Assembly: GCA_964423025.1 (NCBI GenBank)
Contig: CAYRDH010000007.1
Span: 1-24,000 of the forward strand
From: an uncultured Candidatus Saccharibacteria bacterium
GTDB lineage: Bacteria > Patescibacteriota > Dojkabacteria > SC72
Direction of reading: 5' to 3'
DNA length: 24,000 bases
The translations under genes were made by a program, and so were the position numbers. The notes under the pieces were generated by a model, which did not search any database, was not told the DNA's origin, and saw only the letters and a list, made by a program, of their open reading frames with translations. This document shows, one piece after another, positions 1-9,656 of the stretch; position 1 is the stretch's first letter; each line of letters begins with the position of its first letter.

Positions 1-57
1 TAGAGCAACTGCCTTTTAAGCAGTAGGTGCTGGGTTCGAGTCCCAGGCGCCTCACCA
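1..57 (+). tRNA. tRNA-Lys(UUU), 5' end outside the window, CCA encoded
   Basis: Anticodon arm ACTGC-CTTTTAA-GCAGT (8-24, anticodon TTT at 15-17), T arm CTGGG-TTCGAGT-CCCAG (30-46), acceptor 3' strand GCGCCTC, discriminator A54, CCA 55-57. Confidence 0.93.
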
Positions 58-133
58 CTCCCTCTTCTCCTGAATGGACAAAGTCTTATGCATCTTGTAC
101 ACTTAAACAGTATTATCTAGTCTCGATGTATAT

Positions 134-520
134 ATGAAAAGGTTTCTTCTTTTAATCTCAATTCTCTTCTTTTTATTTTTATTAGTTTTCATATCTTTTG
201 GCTCTTTTTCATTATTCCCCCCAGGTTGTAAAGATTCTGGTACTGTACCAGGAGGTTGTTTCAGTACTCGATCTGTAGCGATGTTGGGGAAATTAAACTT
301 GTCTCCTTGTTTAAATATTCGTGTAATTAACTGTAGCCAACCTGGGATTGAAATTCATAACAATTGTGATTCGCAAATAACTGTAAATGGAGTACAAAGA
401 AGTACTCTATCTCCATATATCTATTTAGATGCAAAACAAGGTTTGAATCTGTTTAGAGGCTCAGGAAAAGGCCTTCCATTTATTGTCCTCGTTTCTGTTT
501 CCCCTCCTTTGTGTGATTAG
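134..520 (+). CDS. small secreted or membrane-anchored hypothetical protein
   Basis: 128-aa ORF with a strong N-terminal hydrophobic segment, then a Cys-containing region. Confidence 0.5.
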   Translation: MKRFLLLISILFFLFLLVFISFGSFSLFPPGCKDSGTVPGGCFSTRSVAMLGKLNLSPCLNIRVINCSQPGIEIHNNCDSQITVNGVQRSTLSPYIYLDAKQGLNLFRGSGKGLPFIVLVSVSPPLCD

Positions 521-737
521 TGTATATCAGATTACTTTTTCTTGTGTCGCTAATGTTTTTCTGTCTAAGAGAATCATGTCTAAACCCTTTAACAAAGAGC
601 CTAGTTTTAATAGCTTTTATGCAATTGGTTGCAAAACTGTCTCACTCTTCTCATTTCCCTAATCCACATACACCCCAACTATTTATTTCAAGTTTTTTAT
701 GTTATTTTTATTTATATCATTTGTGTAATGTTAAATA

Positions 738-994
738 TGAAAGTTAGTAAGAAAATAAAGTTATTCATTGTTATCTTGGGAGTTCCTGTCCTAATTCTTT
801 CTCTTTTACTATTATTTTCTCCCGTTCGTCTTAATATGTCTTTTTTCCTTGGGGATAGTGACATAATGTTTTGTGGAGGTAAGGGATATAGGGGGGACTA
901 TTTTATTAGTGGGTTAGAATGTTGTGGGACTAAGAAATTCTGGAATGTCGGTCCTACAATAATGCCAGGTCCTAATAGCTATGATTGTGAATAA
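738..994 (+). CDS. small membrane-anchored hypothetical protein (start uncertain; longer ORF track version begins at 629)
   Basis: The part beginning MKVSKKIKLFIVILGVPVLILSLLLLF looks like a signal/anchor segment followed by a Cys/Gly-rich tail; the first part of the 629..994 ORF does not look coding. Confidence 0.4.
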
Positions 995-1119
995 ATTTCG
1001 TTCTTGTTAGTTTCTTTCTATGTAACCCCTAATTGGTTGCAAAACAATCTCATTTTCCTCACCACAGGCAATTTATTGTCCTTCCTATTTTTCTAATCTC
1101 CCCTTTTAACCCCATAGTA

Positions 1120-1148
1120 TTGTTCTTTCTTTTCTCCTAAAGTATAAT
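1120..1148 (+). promoter_or_regulatory. sigma70-like promoter for the 1250..1981 gene
   Basis: TTGTTC (1120-1125), 17-nt spacer, TATAAT (1143-1148). Confidence 0.55.
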
Positions 1149-1249
1149 ATTGCATTGAATATATGGGTTTTCATACCCATTCAATGTCATTTTGCACATT
1201 AAAAAAAGAGGCTAGATTTATCCAATTCCAATAGACTAAGGAGCTAAAA

Positions 1250-1981
1250 ATGCTGTATGTAGTATTCATTCTTGCTGTTTTTGTAACAGTCCTGTATTTC
1301 ACAGGACCAGAATTTATCCTCCAGAAGAAATTTCGTGGACAAGATCTCTATGAAATCCTCTCTGATGAGGAACACAACCATACTTTAAGACTCCTGGGAA
1401 GAGGTTTGCATGCGGTCCTTTATTCGCTTGTATACTATCCCACGTCACTCATTGCAATCCCCTTAATTATTCTTTGGGCGATTTCCAATGATGTCGGTTT
1501 GCGGGTTGTGTCCTTTATTGCAATAGCAGCTGTCCTTGTATTGCTTTTTCAATTGGGTCAGTGGTTGTGGGAAGCGATATCTAGAAATAAAGGGAAAGCA
1601 GATATCTTAACGGATGATGGCAAAAGGTATCGCGGAGAGCTTCTTTCGGAAGAAAAGATTGTAAACTTCGATGTAATAATGCCAGACATTCCCGAAGGTG
1701 TTCATATAAGTGGTGTTTTGCTTGATGAGGATGATAGGAAAATGAAGATTCGTACATCCGATGGAGTTCAGAATCTTTACAAGAGTCCTCTTGATCTTGA
1801 GACCTTAGAAAAAAGGACTATCTTCGAAGCGGAGATCAAGTTAAAGGACGGAACGAAGAAGACCGGACGCAGAGTACATATTCTCGGAGAGAAACCTTTT
1901 AAGGAGTTCTTGGGGAATTTCCCAGACCTGCTTCTTGTTTTCTATCTTTGGTATTTGGTCGTTGTCCAACTTATTAACTAG
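1250..1981 (+). CDS. membrane protein, hypothetical
   Basis: 243-aa ORF with three or more hydrophobic segments and a soluble domain; SD-like AAGGAG upstream of ATG. Confidence 0.8.
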   Translation: MLYVVFILAVFVTVLYFTGPEFILQKKFRGQDLYEILSDEEHNHTLRLLGRGLHAVLYSLVYYPTSLIAIPLIILWAISNDVGLRVVSFIAIAAVLVLLFQLGQWLWEAISRNKGKADILTDDGKRYRGELLSEEKIVNFDVIMPDIPEGVHISGVLLDEDDRKMKIRTSDGVQNLYKSPLDLETLEKRTIFEAEIKLKDGTKKTGRRVHILGEKPFKEFLGNFPDLLLVFYLWYLVVVQLIN

Positions 1982-1998
1982 TTTCTAAACAGTTTTGT

Positions 1999-2065
1999 GC
2001 AAAATAACCCCAGGGTTGATACTTTCGTGTCTAACACGGATTTAAATCAGACTTGGGGTTTTTGC
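1999..2065. terminator. composite, possibly bidirectional terminator between convergent genes
   Basis: GCAAAATAACCCCA...TTGGGGTTTTTGC outer arms with a nested CGTGT-CTA-ACACG hairpin; A-rich left flank and T-rich right flank, between stops at 1981 (+) and 2089 (-). Confidence 0.55.
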
Positions 2066-2088
2066 TTTTTAAATACAAAAACCAAGAC

Positions 2089-2721
2089 TTACATATCTAC
2101 ATCCAAAGCACAGTTTGGACAACTTTCATATTGCTCAACAACACCTGGGTGTAAATCTGTGTAGTTAGATGAAAATTCACAATCTACATCTAAACATTGA
2201 GGAATCCAGTAACCAAAATCATCTTCTGTAGAACCAAAAAGGAATCCATTGTGCCCGTATCCTCCACCTGGGTAGGTGTCTTTTCTGACGACACTAACTT
2301 CGTAGTAGGTGTCTTCCTCGTCTTTACTTATTGACATAGAGATAATCTTTGTCTGCTGTCCATGTTCAGGATCATTGTAGTAGTCAAAGTAGGGGACGAC
2401 CAATTTCTCTCTTAAAGCAGCTCTCTCATCTTCACCTTGAAACAAGCCTCCCGGGACATATATAACAGCATAGGGATCCTCCTCTTCGTTCTCTGCCTCC
2501 TCCTCAACTTCTTCTAAATCGGTATCTTCGTTAGTATCTACCTCGTTAACATCAACATCTTCTTGCTTTATTGCTGTATTAGTTTTTAGTAATGTGAGTT
2601 CACTATTTAAGTTTTGTATCTCTTGTTCTCTGTACAGGTATACCAAAACGGCAGTAACTATACCCGTTATTAGAAATGTAAGAATAATTCCTAATATTGA
2701 TTTTATTTTAAGTTTTTTCAT
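2089..2721 (-). CDS. membrane-anchored acidic protein with Cys-containing C-terminal domain, hypothetical
   Basis: 210-aa ORF with N-terminal TM, acidic Glu/Asp linker, then a domain with CLDVDC and CPNC. Confidence 0.8.
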   Translation of the reverse strand: MKKLKIKSILGIILTFLITGIVTAVLVYLYREQEIQNLNSELTLLKTNTAIKQEDVDVNEVDTNEDTDLEEVEEEAENEEEDPYAVIYVPGGLFQGEDERAALREKLVVPYFDYYNDPEHGQQTKIISMSISKDEEDTYYEVSVVRKDTYPGGGYGHNGFLFGSTEDDFGYWIPQCLDVDCEFSSNYTDLHPGVVEQYESCPNCALDVDM

Positions 2722-2843
2722 TTAAACCCCAAGTAATATTATTATTTTATTATTCTAGATTAAAGAAATTTTGTTTAGGGATATCTCCTTCGAAGGTTCT
2801 TTTGTGGTAGGATAGTAGTAGCAATATATAAGCACAAAGACTT

Positions 2844-3275
2844 ATGCTCAAGAACATAAAGATACTGTTTTTTATTCAGTTTTGTTTAGTTTTGCTTTTC
2901 CCAACCCTGATACTAATTGGTGTGTATTTCCCTTTCTGGGGTATTATCCCAGCACTTGCCATTGTTTCTTTGGTAATGGTTGTTAAAAATCTAAAGAAAG
3001 GGTTGTTAAGAACGAGCATGATAATAAACAACTTATCTATACTTCTTTTCCCTTTTTTCTTTACCCTAATAATACTGTTGGCCTTCCCACCAGGCTTTCT
3101 CGGAACCCTTGGAGGAAAGAACTGTCCTGTATCTCCCGATCTTGCATTAAAGTCTTTTGGAGTAATCTCTTCCACCTTGGGTTTGGTCATAATTCCTTTA
3201 ACATACCTTGTGACAGCAATAATAATCACGGTTCTTTTTATTAAGGATAAAACTCAAAAGAAGGGCAAGAAGTAA
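2844..3275 (+). CDS. integral membrane protein, hypothetical
   Basis: 143-aa ORF with about four hydrophobic segments; the antisense ORF 2876..3229 lacks such character. Confidence 0.75.
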   Translation: MLKNIKILFFIQFCLVLLFPTLILIGVYFPFWGIIPALAIVSLVMVVKNLKKGLLRTSMIINNLSILLFPFFFTLIILLAFPPGFLGTLGGKNCPVSPDLALKSFGVISSTLGLVIIPLTYLVTAIIITVLFIKDKTQKKGKK

Positions 3276-3347
3276 CAAAAGATAAGGGAATTTAATAGGC
3301 TCTTTATCTGTGTTATACTCCCTCAATAAAATAATTACACAATCGTA

Positions 3348-3797
3348 ATGACAGAAGGAAATACTCCAATAGAAACCTCTCCAGAACAAAACCAATCTTA
3401 TTGGTCTGATGCTAGAAAACTTTTAGATAATGATGACCCAAGAAGAAAGAATGATGGAGTAGTGGAATTGCTTCTTAAAATGACCCCTGAGCTTCTAGAG
3501 GAAGACTACAACACCTACGAGGAAGGTTTTGACCTAGTTCTAAAGGCTTTGGCTTTTGAAGATACAGAAAGGACTCTGTACTACCCAATTAGAGTTTGTG
3601 CTGTTTGCACTCTTTCAAATGTTTTAGAGCATATCCAGAAGAATCCTAAAGTGGAGTATGCTGCAATATATGCAGAAGCAGCATTGGCAATTGAGGATAA
3701 AGCTTATGACAAGGACGAGCACACTAGGGTAAGATTACCTGCAAAAGTGGCTGTTAGAAAGTATTTAAATGGTTACAGGAAAAGGATTTTCAGGTAA
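3348..3797 (+). CDS. small helical soluble protein, hypothetical
   Basis: 149-aa ORF with natural composition and helical periodicity; ends directly before the convergent stop at 3801. Confidence 0.75.
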   Translation: MTEGNTPIETSPEQNQSYWSDARKLLDNDDPRRKNDGVVELLLKMTPELLEEDYNTYEEGFDLVLKALAFEDTERTLYYPIRVCAVCTLSNVLEHIQKNPKVEYAAIYAEAALAIEDKAYDKDEHTRVRLPAKVAVRKYLNGYRKRIFR

Positions 3798-3800
3798 CCC

Positions 3801-4967
3801 TCACTTTAGTAAATCTAACTCTCCTCCAAGCCTCCAGTAAGATATCCCTGCAATTTCATACTCTTTTGCTAATGTTCTTCTAGATTCAACACCATCTGGA
3901 GATTGAAAATAGGCCTTGCAGGTATAACCATTATCACAGCTAAATACCGAATAAGTTTCCCCAATATCTTCTTTATATACATACTCTATATCTGGGTCAT
4001 TTACGATTGCACTAAGTGCTGTGGTGTATGTAAAAGCTATAGTTCTGTCACTAGACCATTGGTAACCATACAGGTGAATACCCAGCCATATCTTCTCTTC
4101 AGGAATTTTCTCTGTAGCATAATCTAAAACTTCCTTTACCCAATCTATTGGTGCTATTGGTCCAGGAATTTGTGAAGACTGAAGAGTGTAATCATAGGCC
4201 ATTATTCTAACCTCGTCTGCATACTTAGCAATCTCAGAATAATCTTGAACAGCTCTTGTTTCTTGATGATCTTTGTAATCTGCATCCTCCCATTTGGCAA
4301 AAACGGTAACAGACGAAATCTTGCCTATTTCATCTAGTTCTTCACTTAACTTTTTAATGAAGTTAAGGTAGTTCTCCCTGTAAGAACTATTTACCATCTC
4401 GTAATCTAAATCTATACCATCAAAATTATACTTCACTACCTCCGCAATAATCTTCTCTACCTGTCTCTGGTAAGCAGCTTCATCTTTAAATGCGCTTGCA
4501 GTAGATTCAAAATCGTATGATCCAATTGTTGGAAGCACCTTTATATTATTCTCTCTACAGAAAGAAAGAAGTTCCTTAATCTTTGCTTCTGAAACGCCTC
4601 TGGAAACAACATCTCCTGATTTGTCCACTGTGTAGAGGACAGGGAGGGCGGTGTCTATTATCCCAAGGTTGTTCTCTAAACTCTCAAGCCCTAAATCAAA
4701 ACCCCAGTTTGGTATCCAACCAGACTCCTTTAATACATAAGGAGCAATCTCCTCCTCTTCCTCTTCTGGGATCTCTTCTTGAGCTTCCAACTCCCTTTCT
4801 ACTTGGTCAAGAGTATTTACATTAGCACTCTCATACAAATTAACTTCCCCAAGAGAGTCTCCATTCTCTGGAGTAGGGCGAGTTAAAAACATAAAAGTTA
4901 AGGAAAGAAGGATTATTAAACTTCCGAAAGCCATTCCGATTATGGGCAAGGTTTTTGTTGCTTTCAT
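3801..4967 (-). CDS. glycoside hydrolase family 18-like (chitinase/YaaH-like) membrane-anchored protein
   Basis: Catalytic signature FDGIDLDYE (DxxDxDxE), N-terminal TM anchor, downstream AYDYTLQ and GIHLYGYQW motifs typical of the GH18 barrel. Confidence 0.88.
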   Translation of the reverse strand: MKATKTLPIIGMAFGSLIILLSLTFMFLTRPTPENGDSLGEVNLYESANVNTLDQVERELEAQEEIPEEEEEEIAPYVLKESGWIPNWGFDLGLESLENNLGIIDTALPVLYTVDKSGDVVSRGVSEAKIKELLSFCRENNIKVLPTIGSYDFESTASAFKDEAAYQRQVEKIIAEVVKYNFDGIDLDYEMVNSSYRENYLNFIKKLSEELDEIGKISSVTVFAKWEDADYKDHQETRAVQDYSEIAKYADEVRIMAYDYTLQSSQIPGPIAPIDWVKEVLDYATEKIPEEKIWLGIHLYGYQWSSDRTIAFTYTTALSAIVNDPDIEYVYKEDIGETYSVFSCDNGYTCKAYFQSPDGVESRRTLAKEYEIAGISYWRLGGELDLLK

Positions 4968-4981
4968 TTATATATAATATA

Positions 4982-5905
4982 TTACAAAGAGATCTTTTTC
5001 TCAAAGTCAATAAAAAGAGTATCGTAATTAAAGTCAGGGTAATGCTCTTTGCTTAGATATATACCATATGGATCCCTACTTAGAATTTTCTCTCCACTCT
5101 CCCAATCCCTAGCCGCTTCTTCAAAGTGTAAGTGGGGTTTATCCCAACTTTTAATTTTTCTTAAGTTTGGTCTTTTTCTATTTTCAAAATATTTAAGTCT
5201 TCCATGTATTAATCCAGATACACCGATATATCCAATAATATCTCCTTGTTCTACCCATTTCACATATTTATTGTCCTCATCCGCAAGCCTTTTTAGTTCC
5301 CCAGGGGTATACATGAAGGATTCTTTTTTCTTTATGTTCTCTGAGAAGGAATAGCCATAGAGCCTTTTTATCCAAGAGTATTTCCTAATTATTCTTCTAG
5401 TATTTCTTATCATCTCTTCTATTTCTTCTTTCCCTTTCCTATATTTTCTCTTATCTTTATTGCTTTTAATTATCCTTCGTTTGTAATCTACTCTTAGGGG
5501 TCTGTGTGTTTTAGCATATATGCCATCCCCAAATTTTGAAAGATGTCCATATATTGTTATTCTTCCACCTTTAACCCTAGAAATTTTGTAGGGATGATAT
5601 ATCTGTACGAAATAGCCTAGGCCTGAGGAGAAAGGCTTGCCATCGTATAACTTTGGGGTGTTATCCTCGTTTAGAACTGTATATCTGTGGTAACCTGCTA
5701 CAGCATAACCACTTGCAGAAGCATAAACAGGGGTCTTATGTGTAGAAGCGTAGTCTATTCCTTTGTGAAAATACCTGTTAAGAATATCTCTTTCCTCCTT
5801 TGTATAAAGGAAACCTTCTGTTATTGGGGCGCTCTCTTTTAAGGGGTGTATTAGGTATCTGTAATTTCTAATATCCGGGGCATATCTTACTCTCACTGTA
5901 GCCAT
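4982..5905 (-). CDS. M23 (LytM-like) family peptidase
   Basis: HKGIDYAS near the start, YIYHxYKISR...GGRITIYGHLS, and terminal DKPHLHFEEA fit the M23 HxxxD and HxH motifs. Confidence 0.9.
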   Translation of the reverse strand: MATVRVRYAPDIRNYRYLIHPLKESAPITEGFLYTKEERDILNRYFHKGIDYASTHKTPVYASASGYAVAGYHRYTVLNEDNTPKLYDGKPFSSGLGYFVQIYHPYKISRVKGGRITIYGHLSKFGDGIYAKTHRPLRVDYKRRIIKSNKDKRKYRKGKEEIEEMIRNTRRIIRKYSWIKRLYGYSFSENIKKKESFMYTPGELKRLADEDNKYVKWVEQGDIIGYIGVSGLIHGRLKYFENRKRPNLRKIKSWDKPHLHFEEAARDWESGEKILSRDPYGIYLSKEHYPDFNYDTLFIDFEKKISL

Positions 5906-5932
5906 ATATCATATTATACAGGATAATGGTTT

Positions 5933-6982
5933 TTAGAGAGTAGCTTCTTCTAAGTGATCTTTTATCGTGGTCTCAATTATCTCTATAGCTTTTTTGATGT
6001 CAGTAGCTTCAAAGTCACATCCAGAGGCTCCTTGATGACCCCCTCCACCTGGAAAAGTTCTAGAGAAGACGGAAGTGTCTACACTCCCATTTATAGCTCT
6101 AAAGGATACTTTGTAATGGTTCTCCTCTTCGAGTATTGGGGTTATAACAAAACCCCAGTTGTTATTTTCTATGGTTCTTACATATTCATTTACATACATC
6201 TCTGAAGCGTTCTTGTATAGACCAAATAGCTCTGGATTAGCTCTTACTTTCTGTGCTGTTTCGTCTGTAAAGAAACTAAAGGTGTAGTTATCTCTAATTA
6301 CAGTGTTATTAATTAATTCTTGTAAGAATTTTAATGTTGTCATTTGGTTTCTTCCAAATGTATAGGTGATTTTTTCTATCATCTGCTCATCAAAGGTTAT
6401 TAACTCTGATGCTATTGCAAAAGTTTTTTGTAAATCCTTTGCATAAAGAAATCTCCCTGTATCTCCAACTATTCCAGTCATAATGCAGTAAGCAATATCT
6501 TTATCTAGTTTATATTTGAAATCTTTAATAAATATCTCATACACAACCTCTGCAGCACTTCCAAAGTCTTCTTGTATGTAAAGGTCAAAGTTGTCAAAAC
6601 CTTTTTTAGGATGATGGTCTATACAGATTGTTTTTAAATCCTTCCTGCTTTCTATAAAATCCCCAAGCTCCTCATGTTCTTTCTTTGTTAGTCTCTTCCA
6701 GTTATTAGCATCAAGGACTATTAAGAGATCTATGTCTTCCTCTTGGATAATTTCTTCATGATTTCTGTTTTGGATTCTGTCAAAGCTTTTTAATATGTTG
6801 AACCTCTCATCCATGGGGTCTTCGAAATTAACGAGAACCTTCTTATTAAAGTTTTGGTTTATGATGTTATAAAGTCCGAGGGTAGAACCCATTGCATCAT
6901 AGTCTGGGTTCTTGTGTCCTGTGATTAATATGTTTTTGGAATTTTTAATATACTCTAAGAGTTCTTTGTATTCCTTTTTCAT
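5933..6982 (-). CDS. DHH/DHHA1 family phosphoesterase, NrnA-like (oligoribonuclease/pAp phosphatase)
   Basis: GHKNPDYDAMGS, VLDANNW, CIDHHPKK, and C-terminal GGGHQGASG signatures. Confidence 0.93.
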   Translation of the reverse strand: MKKEYKELLEYIKNSKNILITGHKNPDYDAMGSTLGLYNIINQNFNKKVLVNFEDPMDERFNILKSFDRIQNRNHEEIIQEEDIDLLIVLDANNWKRLTKKEHEELGDFIESRKDLKTICIDHHPKKGFDNFDLYIQEDFGSAAEVVYEIFIKDFKYKLDKDIAYCIMTGIVGDTGRFLYAKDLQKTFAIASELITFDEQMIEKITYTFGRNQMTTLKFLQELINNTVIRDNYTFSFFTDETAQKVRANPELFGLYKNASEMYVNEYVRTIENNNWGFVITPILEEENHYKVSFRAINGSVDTSVFSRTFPGGGGHQGASGCDFEATDIKKAIEIIETTIKDHLEEATL

Positions 6983-6984
6983 TT

Positions 6985-8424
6985 TTATATTTTTAACTCC
7001 AATCTGCCAGTTTCTTTTTCTAGTGCAAAGGAGGCATTTAATATGGTCTGTTCATCAAAGTGTCTACCTATGAACTGGATACCTGTGGGCATACCTTCGC
7101 TTAGGCCTGAAGGTATAGATATCCCAGGGAGGCCTGCTTCGGAACTAGATTCTGCCAAGACATCTGCTAATTCTCCAAAGAGGGGATTTTCTGCGTCCTC
7201 GTCTTTAAGCGCTATTGATGGGGTAGTGGGCCCTATGATTAAGTCATATTTATTAAGGATTCTGTCGATGTCTTCTTTAATTAACTGTCTAACCTGTTCA
7301 GACTTTTTGAAGTATTCATCTGCATATCCAGCGGATAATGAAAAGGTTCCAGTCATAATTCTTCTCTTATTCTCTTCTCCTAATCCTTCACCTCTTGTAG
7401 ATTCGTAAAGGTCGATTATTGTTTTGTTTTCAGTCCCTTCATAACCATATCTTGTTCCATCATATCTTGCCAAGTTTGAGGAGACCTCACTTCTGCAAGT
7501 TATTGTGTAAACAGCTATCCCATATTTAGGATCTAATATGTTTACTTCCTCTATCTTGGCTCCTAATTTCTTTAATGTATCTATAGCACTAAGGAAGTTC
7601 TTTCTAACACCATCTTCCAGTTCTAATTCTAGATATTCCTTAGGTAGTGCAATCTTCATCCCCTTTATTTTGTTAGCATCTAAACTTTCGTAGTAATTAG
7701 GGACTTCTGTTTTGGAAGATGTGAAGTCATTTTTGTCATGTCCTGCCATAATGCTGAGCATGTATGCTGCATCTTCTACACTCTTCGTAATTGGGCCTGG
7801 ACTGTCTAATGAGGAACCCATTGCTAATACTCCATATCTAGATACTCTTCCGTATGTTGGTTTAAGTCCGACTATCCCGCACCATGATGCTGGGAGACGA
7901 ATTGAACCAGCTGTTTCTGTTCCAATGGATGCAGTAGATAGGTCAGCTGCTAAAGCTGCTGCAGAACCTCCACTAGAGCCTCCAGGGAGTCTTTCTGTGT
8001 CCCAAGGGTTCCTAGATGGTCCATAATATGATGTTACTGTTCCAGATCCATGACAGAATTGGTCTAGGTTAGTTTTACCAATTAAGATAGCTTCTTGTTC
8101 TTTAAGTTTTTTAATAACGGTAGCATCATAAACGGGTTTGTAACCTTCTAAAATCTTGGATGCTGCTGTTGTAGGTAGTCCCTTTGTAGAAAATATGTCT
8201 TTTACTGAAATGGGAATACCTGCAAGCTTGTTTTCTTTAAGTCTGTCAAAGTTGTTGTCTAGCTCTTCTGCCTGTTTAAGGGAGTCATCTGCAAAAACAT
8301 TGATGTATGTGTTAAGAGATTTGTCTAATTTTTCTATTCTGTCTACGTAGTATTGTACTATCTCTTTGGCAGATATCTCTTTTTTAAGAAGTTTCTCTCT
8401 TAGTTGAGTTATTGTTAAGTTCAT
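6985..8424 (-). CDS. gatA: Asp-tRNA(Asn)/Glu-tRNA(Gln) amidotransferase subunit A
   Basis: Amidase signature: GIPISVKDIF, LPGGSSGGSAAALAADL, GSIRLPASWCGIVGLKPTYGRVSRYGV. Confidence 0.96.
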   Translation of the reverse strand: MNLTITQLREKLLKKEISAKEIVQYYVDRIEKLDKSLNTYINVFADDSLKQAEELDNNFDRLKENKLAGIPISVKDIFSTKGLPTTAASKILEGYKPVYDATVIKKLKEQEAILIGKTNLDQFCHGSGTVTSYYGPSRNPWDTERLPGGSSGGSAAALAADLSTASIGTETAGSIRLPASWCGIVGLKPTYGRVSRYGVLAMGSSLDSPGPITKSVEDAAYMLSIMAGHDKNDFTSSKTEVPNYYESLDANKIKGMKIALPKEYLELELEDGVRKNFLSAIDTLKKLGAKIEEVNILDPKYGIAVYTITCRSEVSSNLARYDGTRYGYEGTENKTIIDLYESTRGEGLGEENKRRIMTGTFSLSAGYADEYFKKSEQVRQLIKEDIDRILNKYDLIIGPTTPSIALKDEDAENPLFGELADVLAESSSEAGLPGISIPSGLSEGMPTGIQFIGRHFDEQTILNASFALEKETGRLELKI

Positions 8425-8436
8425 TATTTAACTATT

Positions 8437-9009
8437 CTACCAAAAAGGCCAATAAATGAGAATTGAAATACTTAAGGGAATAAGGGTTCCGAGGGTTACT
8501 TGGGTTAGGGTGTGTTTGTTAAGTGCTATTCTAGACCAGCCGACGAATGGTGTTAGTACAAAAAGAAACATAAGTGCAGGAGTGGTTGGGAATAGATAGA
8601 TTAGTGTGGCAAACAGTATTGTGGAATATGTCATATGTCCAGATATTTTCCAGTAGAAGGTTATTATGGTGACTATGGTAGAGACGACAAAGAGATTCAT
8701 GGTTACTCTGGTTAAGGTTTCTACATTTAGGGCTAATACAAAGAAGAATATTACACCAAACAATATTGTTATTGTTGTAAAGTAAGGAGGTCTTTCCTTT
8801 CTGTCTGTGAATTCATAGTCTGTCACCTTCCCTAATTTTTTAAGCGTTAAGTAGGGGAGTATGGGGGAGAGTAGGTACAGGAAGAAGAGAATTATTTTTT
8901 GTGTGATTGGTATGGGCGAAGAGAATACGGCAATGGTTGGTGTTAGTATCATGGTCATAAAACCATTGAACATTTCGGATATTATTCTTGCGATTTTCGT
9001 TTTGGCCAT
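8437..9009 (-). CDS. PAP2-like (phosphatidic acid phosphatase superfamily) membrane protein
   Basis: Multi-TM protein with KISGHMTYST and GWSRIALNKHTLTQVTLG, resembling the SGH and SRxxxxxHxxxQ/D motifs. Confidence 0.65.
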   Translation of the reverse strand: MAKTKIARIISEMFNGFMTMILTPTIAVFSSPIPITQKIILFFLYLLSPILPYLTLKKLGKVTDYEFTDRKERPPYFTTITILFGVIFFFVLALNVETLTRVTMNLFVVSTIVTIITFYWKISGHMTYSTILFATLIYLFPTTPALMFLFVLTPFVGWSRIALNKHTLTQVTLGTLIPLSISILIYWPFW

Positions 9010-9057
9010 CGTTTATTCTAGCGGAAAAGTTTGTGTATGCAAAGTGTGAGGGTTTTT

Positions 9058-9114
9058 GGTTAGGAGAGGGATATGTTTTGTGTGTTTTAAGCACTGGTAT
9101 ATTCTCTCCTAACC
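9058..9114. repeat. third member of the GTTAG-hairpin family (no ribozyme core attached)
   Basis: GGTTAGGAGAG (9058-9068) pairs perfectly with CTCTCCTAACC (9104-9114), with CTTTTT following on the + strand; same arm style as 9711-9774 and 10168-10226. Confidence 0.8.
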
Positions 9115-9173
9115 CTTTTTCTCTTGGGCAATGTATTAAAACGTTATTTGCCAAAAGAATGGATGCAAAGTTG

Positions 9174-9545
9174 CTATTTAAGTGAATCTCGGAGATTTTC
9201 CAACTTGGTCTCGACTTCTTCGAAGTAAACTTCCTCGCAGGAATCACTTGCGATGGAATCTCGAAGTTTGGTTATTCTTTTTAGGCATTGGACATTCTCA
9301 ATGATTCTCTGGATTTCTGAACGATGCGATCCCTGAACAACATAGAAATCGTTTTGGAAGGTATCCAAGAAATTGAGAATAACCCAGACATAGCCAGCGA
9401 TAACTGCAGCTATTCCGAAGAAGAGCATGCCAATGTCATCTAGCTGTATCGTGTAGATCAGAAACCATGTACAACCGGCTGTGATGATGAGCCTTATCAG
9501 TGTATTAGCTGTAAAGGTTAGTACAAACTTTTTCCAAATGGACAT
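9174..9545 (-). CDS. small two-TM membrane protein with charged C-terminal helix, hypothetical
   Basis: 123-aa ORF, SD AAGGAGG just upstream of ATG. Confidence 0.8.
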   Translation of the reverse strand: MSIWKKFVLTFTANTLIRLIITAGCTWFLIYTIQLDDIGMLFFGIAAVIAGYVWVILNFLDTFQNDFYVVQGSHRSEIQRIIENVQCLKRITKLRDSIASDSCEEVYFEEVETKLENLRDSLK

Positions 9546-9603
9546 TTTTAACCTCCTTGGTTAAGTGTTGGAATAGGGACTTTGCATTTTAAAGAACATA
9601 TAT

Positions 9604-9612
9604 ATTATACCA
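9604..9612 (-). promoter_or_regulatory. extended -10 promoter-like element (TGGTATAAT)
   Basis: + strand ATTATACCA; lies in a block CTATAGG...TATTTTGRTATAAT that is also present downstream of ribozyme copy 2. Confidence 0.55.
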
Positions 9613-9656
9613 AAATACAGGCCTATAGCATATATCTTCTTTGATAAGCAGGACGG

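Noticed and set aside
520-747. ORF 520..747 (75 aa)
   Set aside because: Low-complexity Leu/Ser/Cys composition, no SD, overlaps the likely 5' region of the next gene.
2876-3229. Antisense ORF opposite 2844..3275
   Set aside because: The + strand frame has clear TM segments; the minus frame has shadow composition.
7043-8350. Antisense + strand ORFs within gatA (7043..7408, 7712..8026, 8156..8350)
   Set aside because: They overlap a confidently identified gatA and look like shadow ORFs (Ser/Pro/Leu-rich, no family signature).
8840-9247. Minus-strand ORF 8840..9247
   Set aside because: Overlaps the PAP2-like gene and the end of 9174..9545 in another frame; His/Asn/Thr-rich shadow composition.
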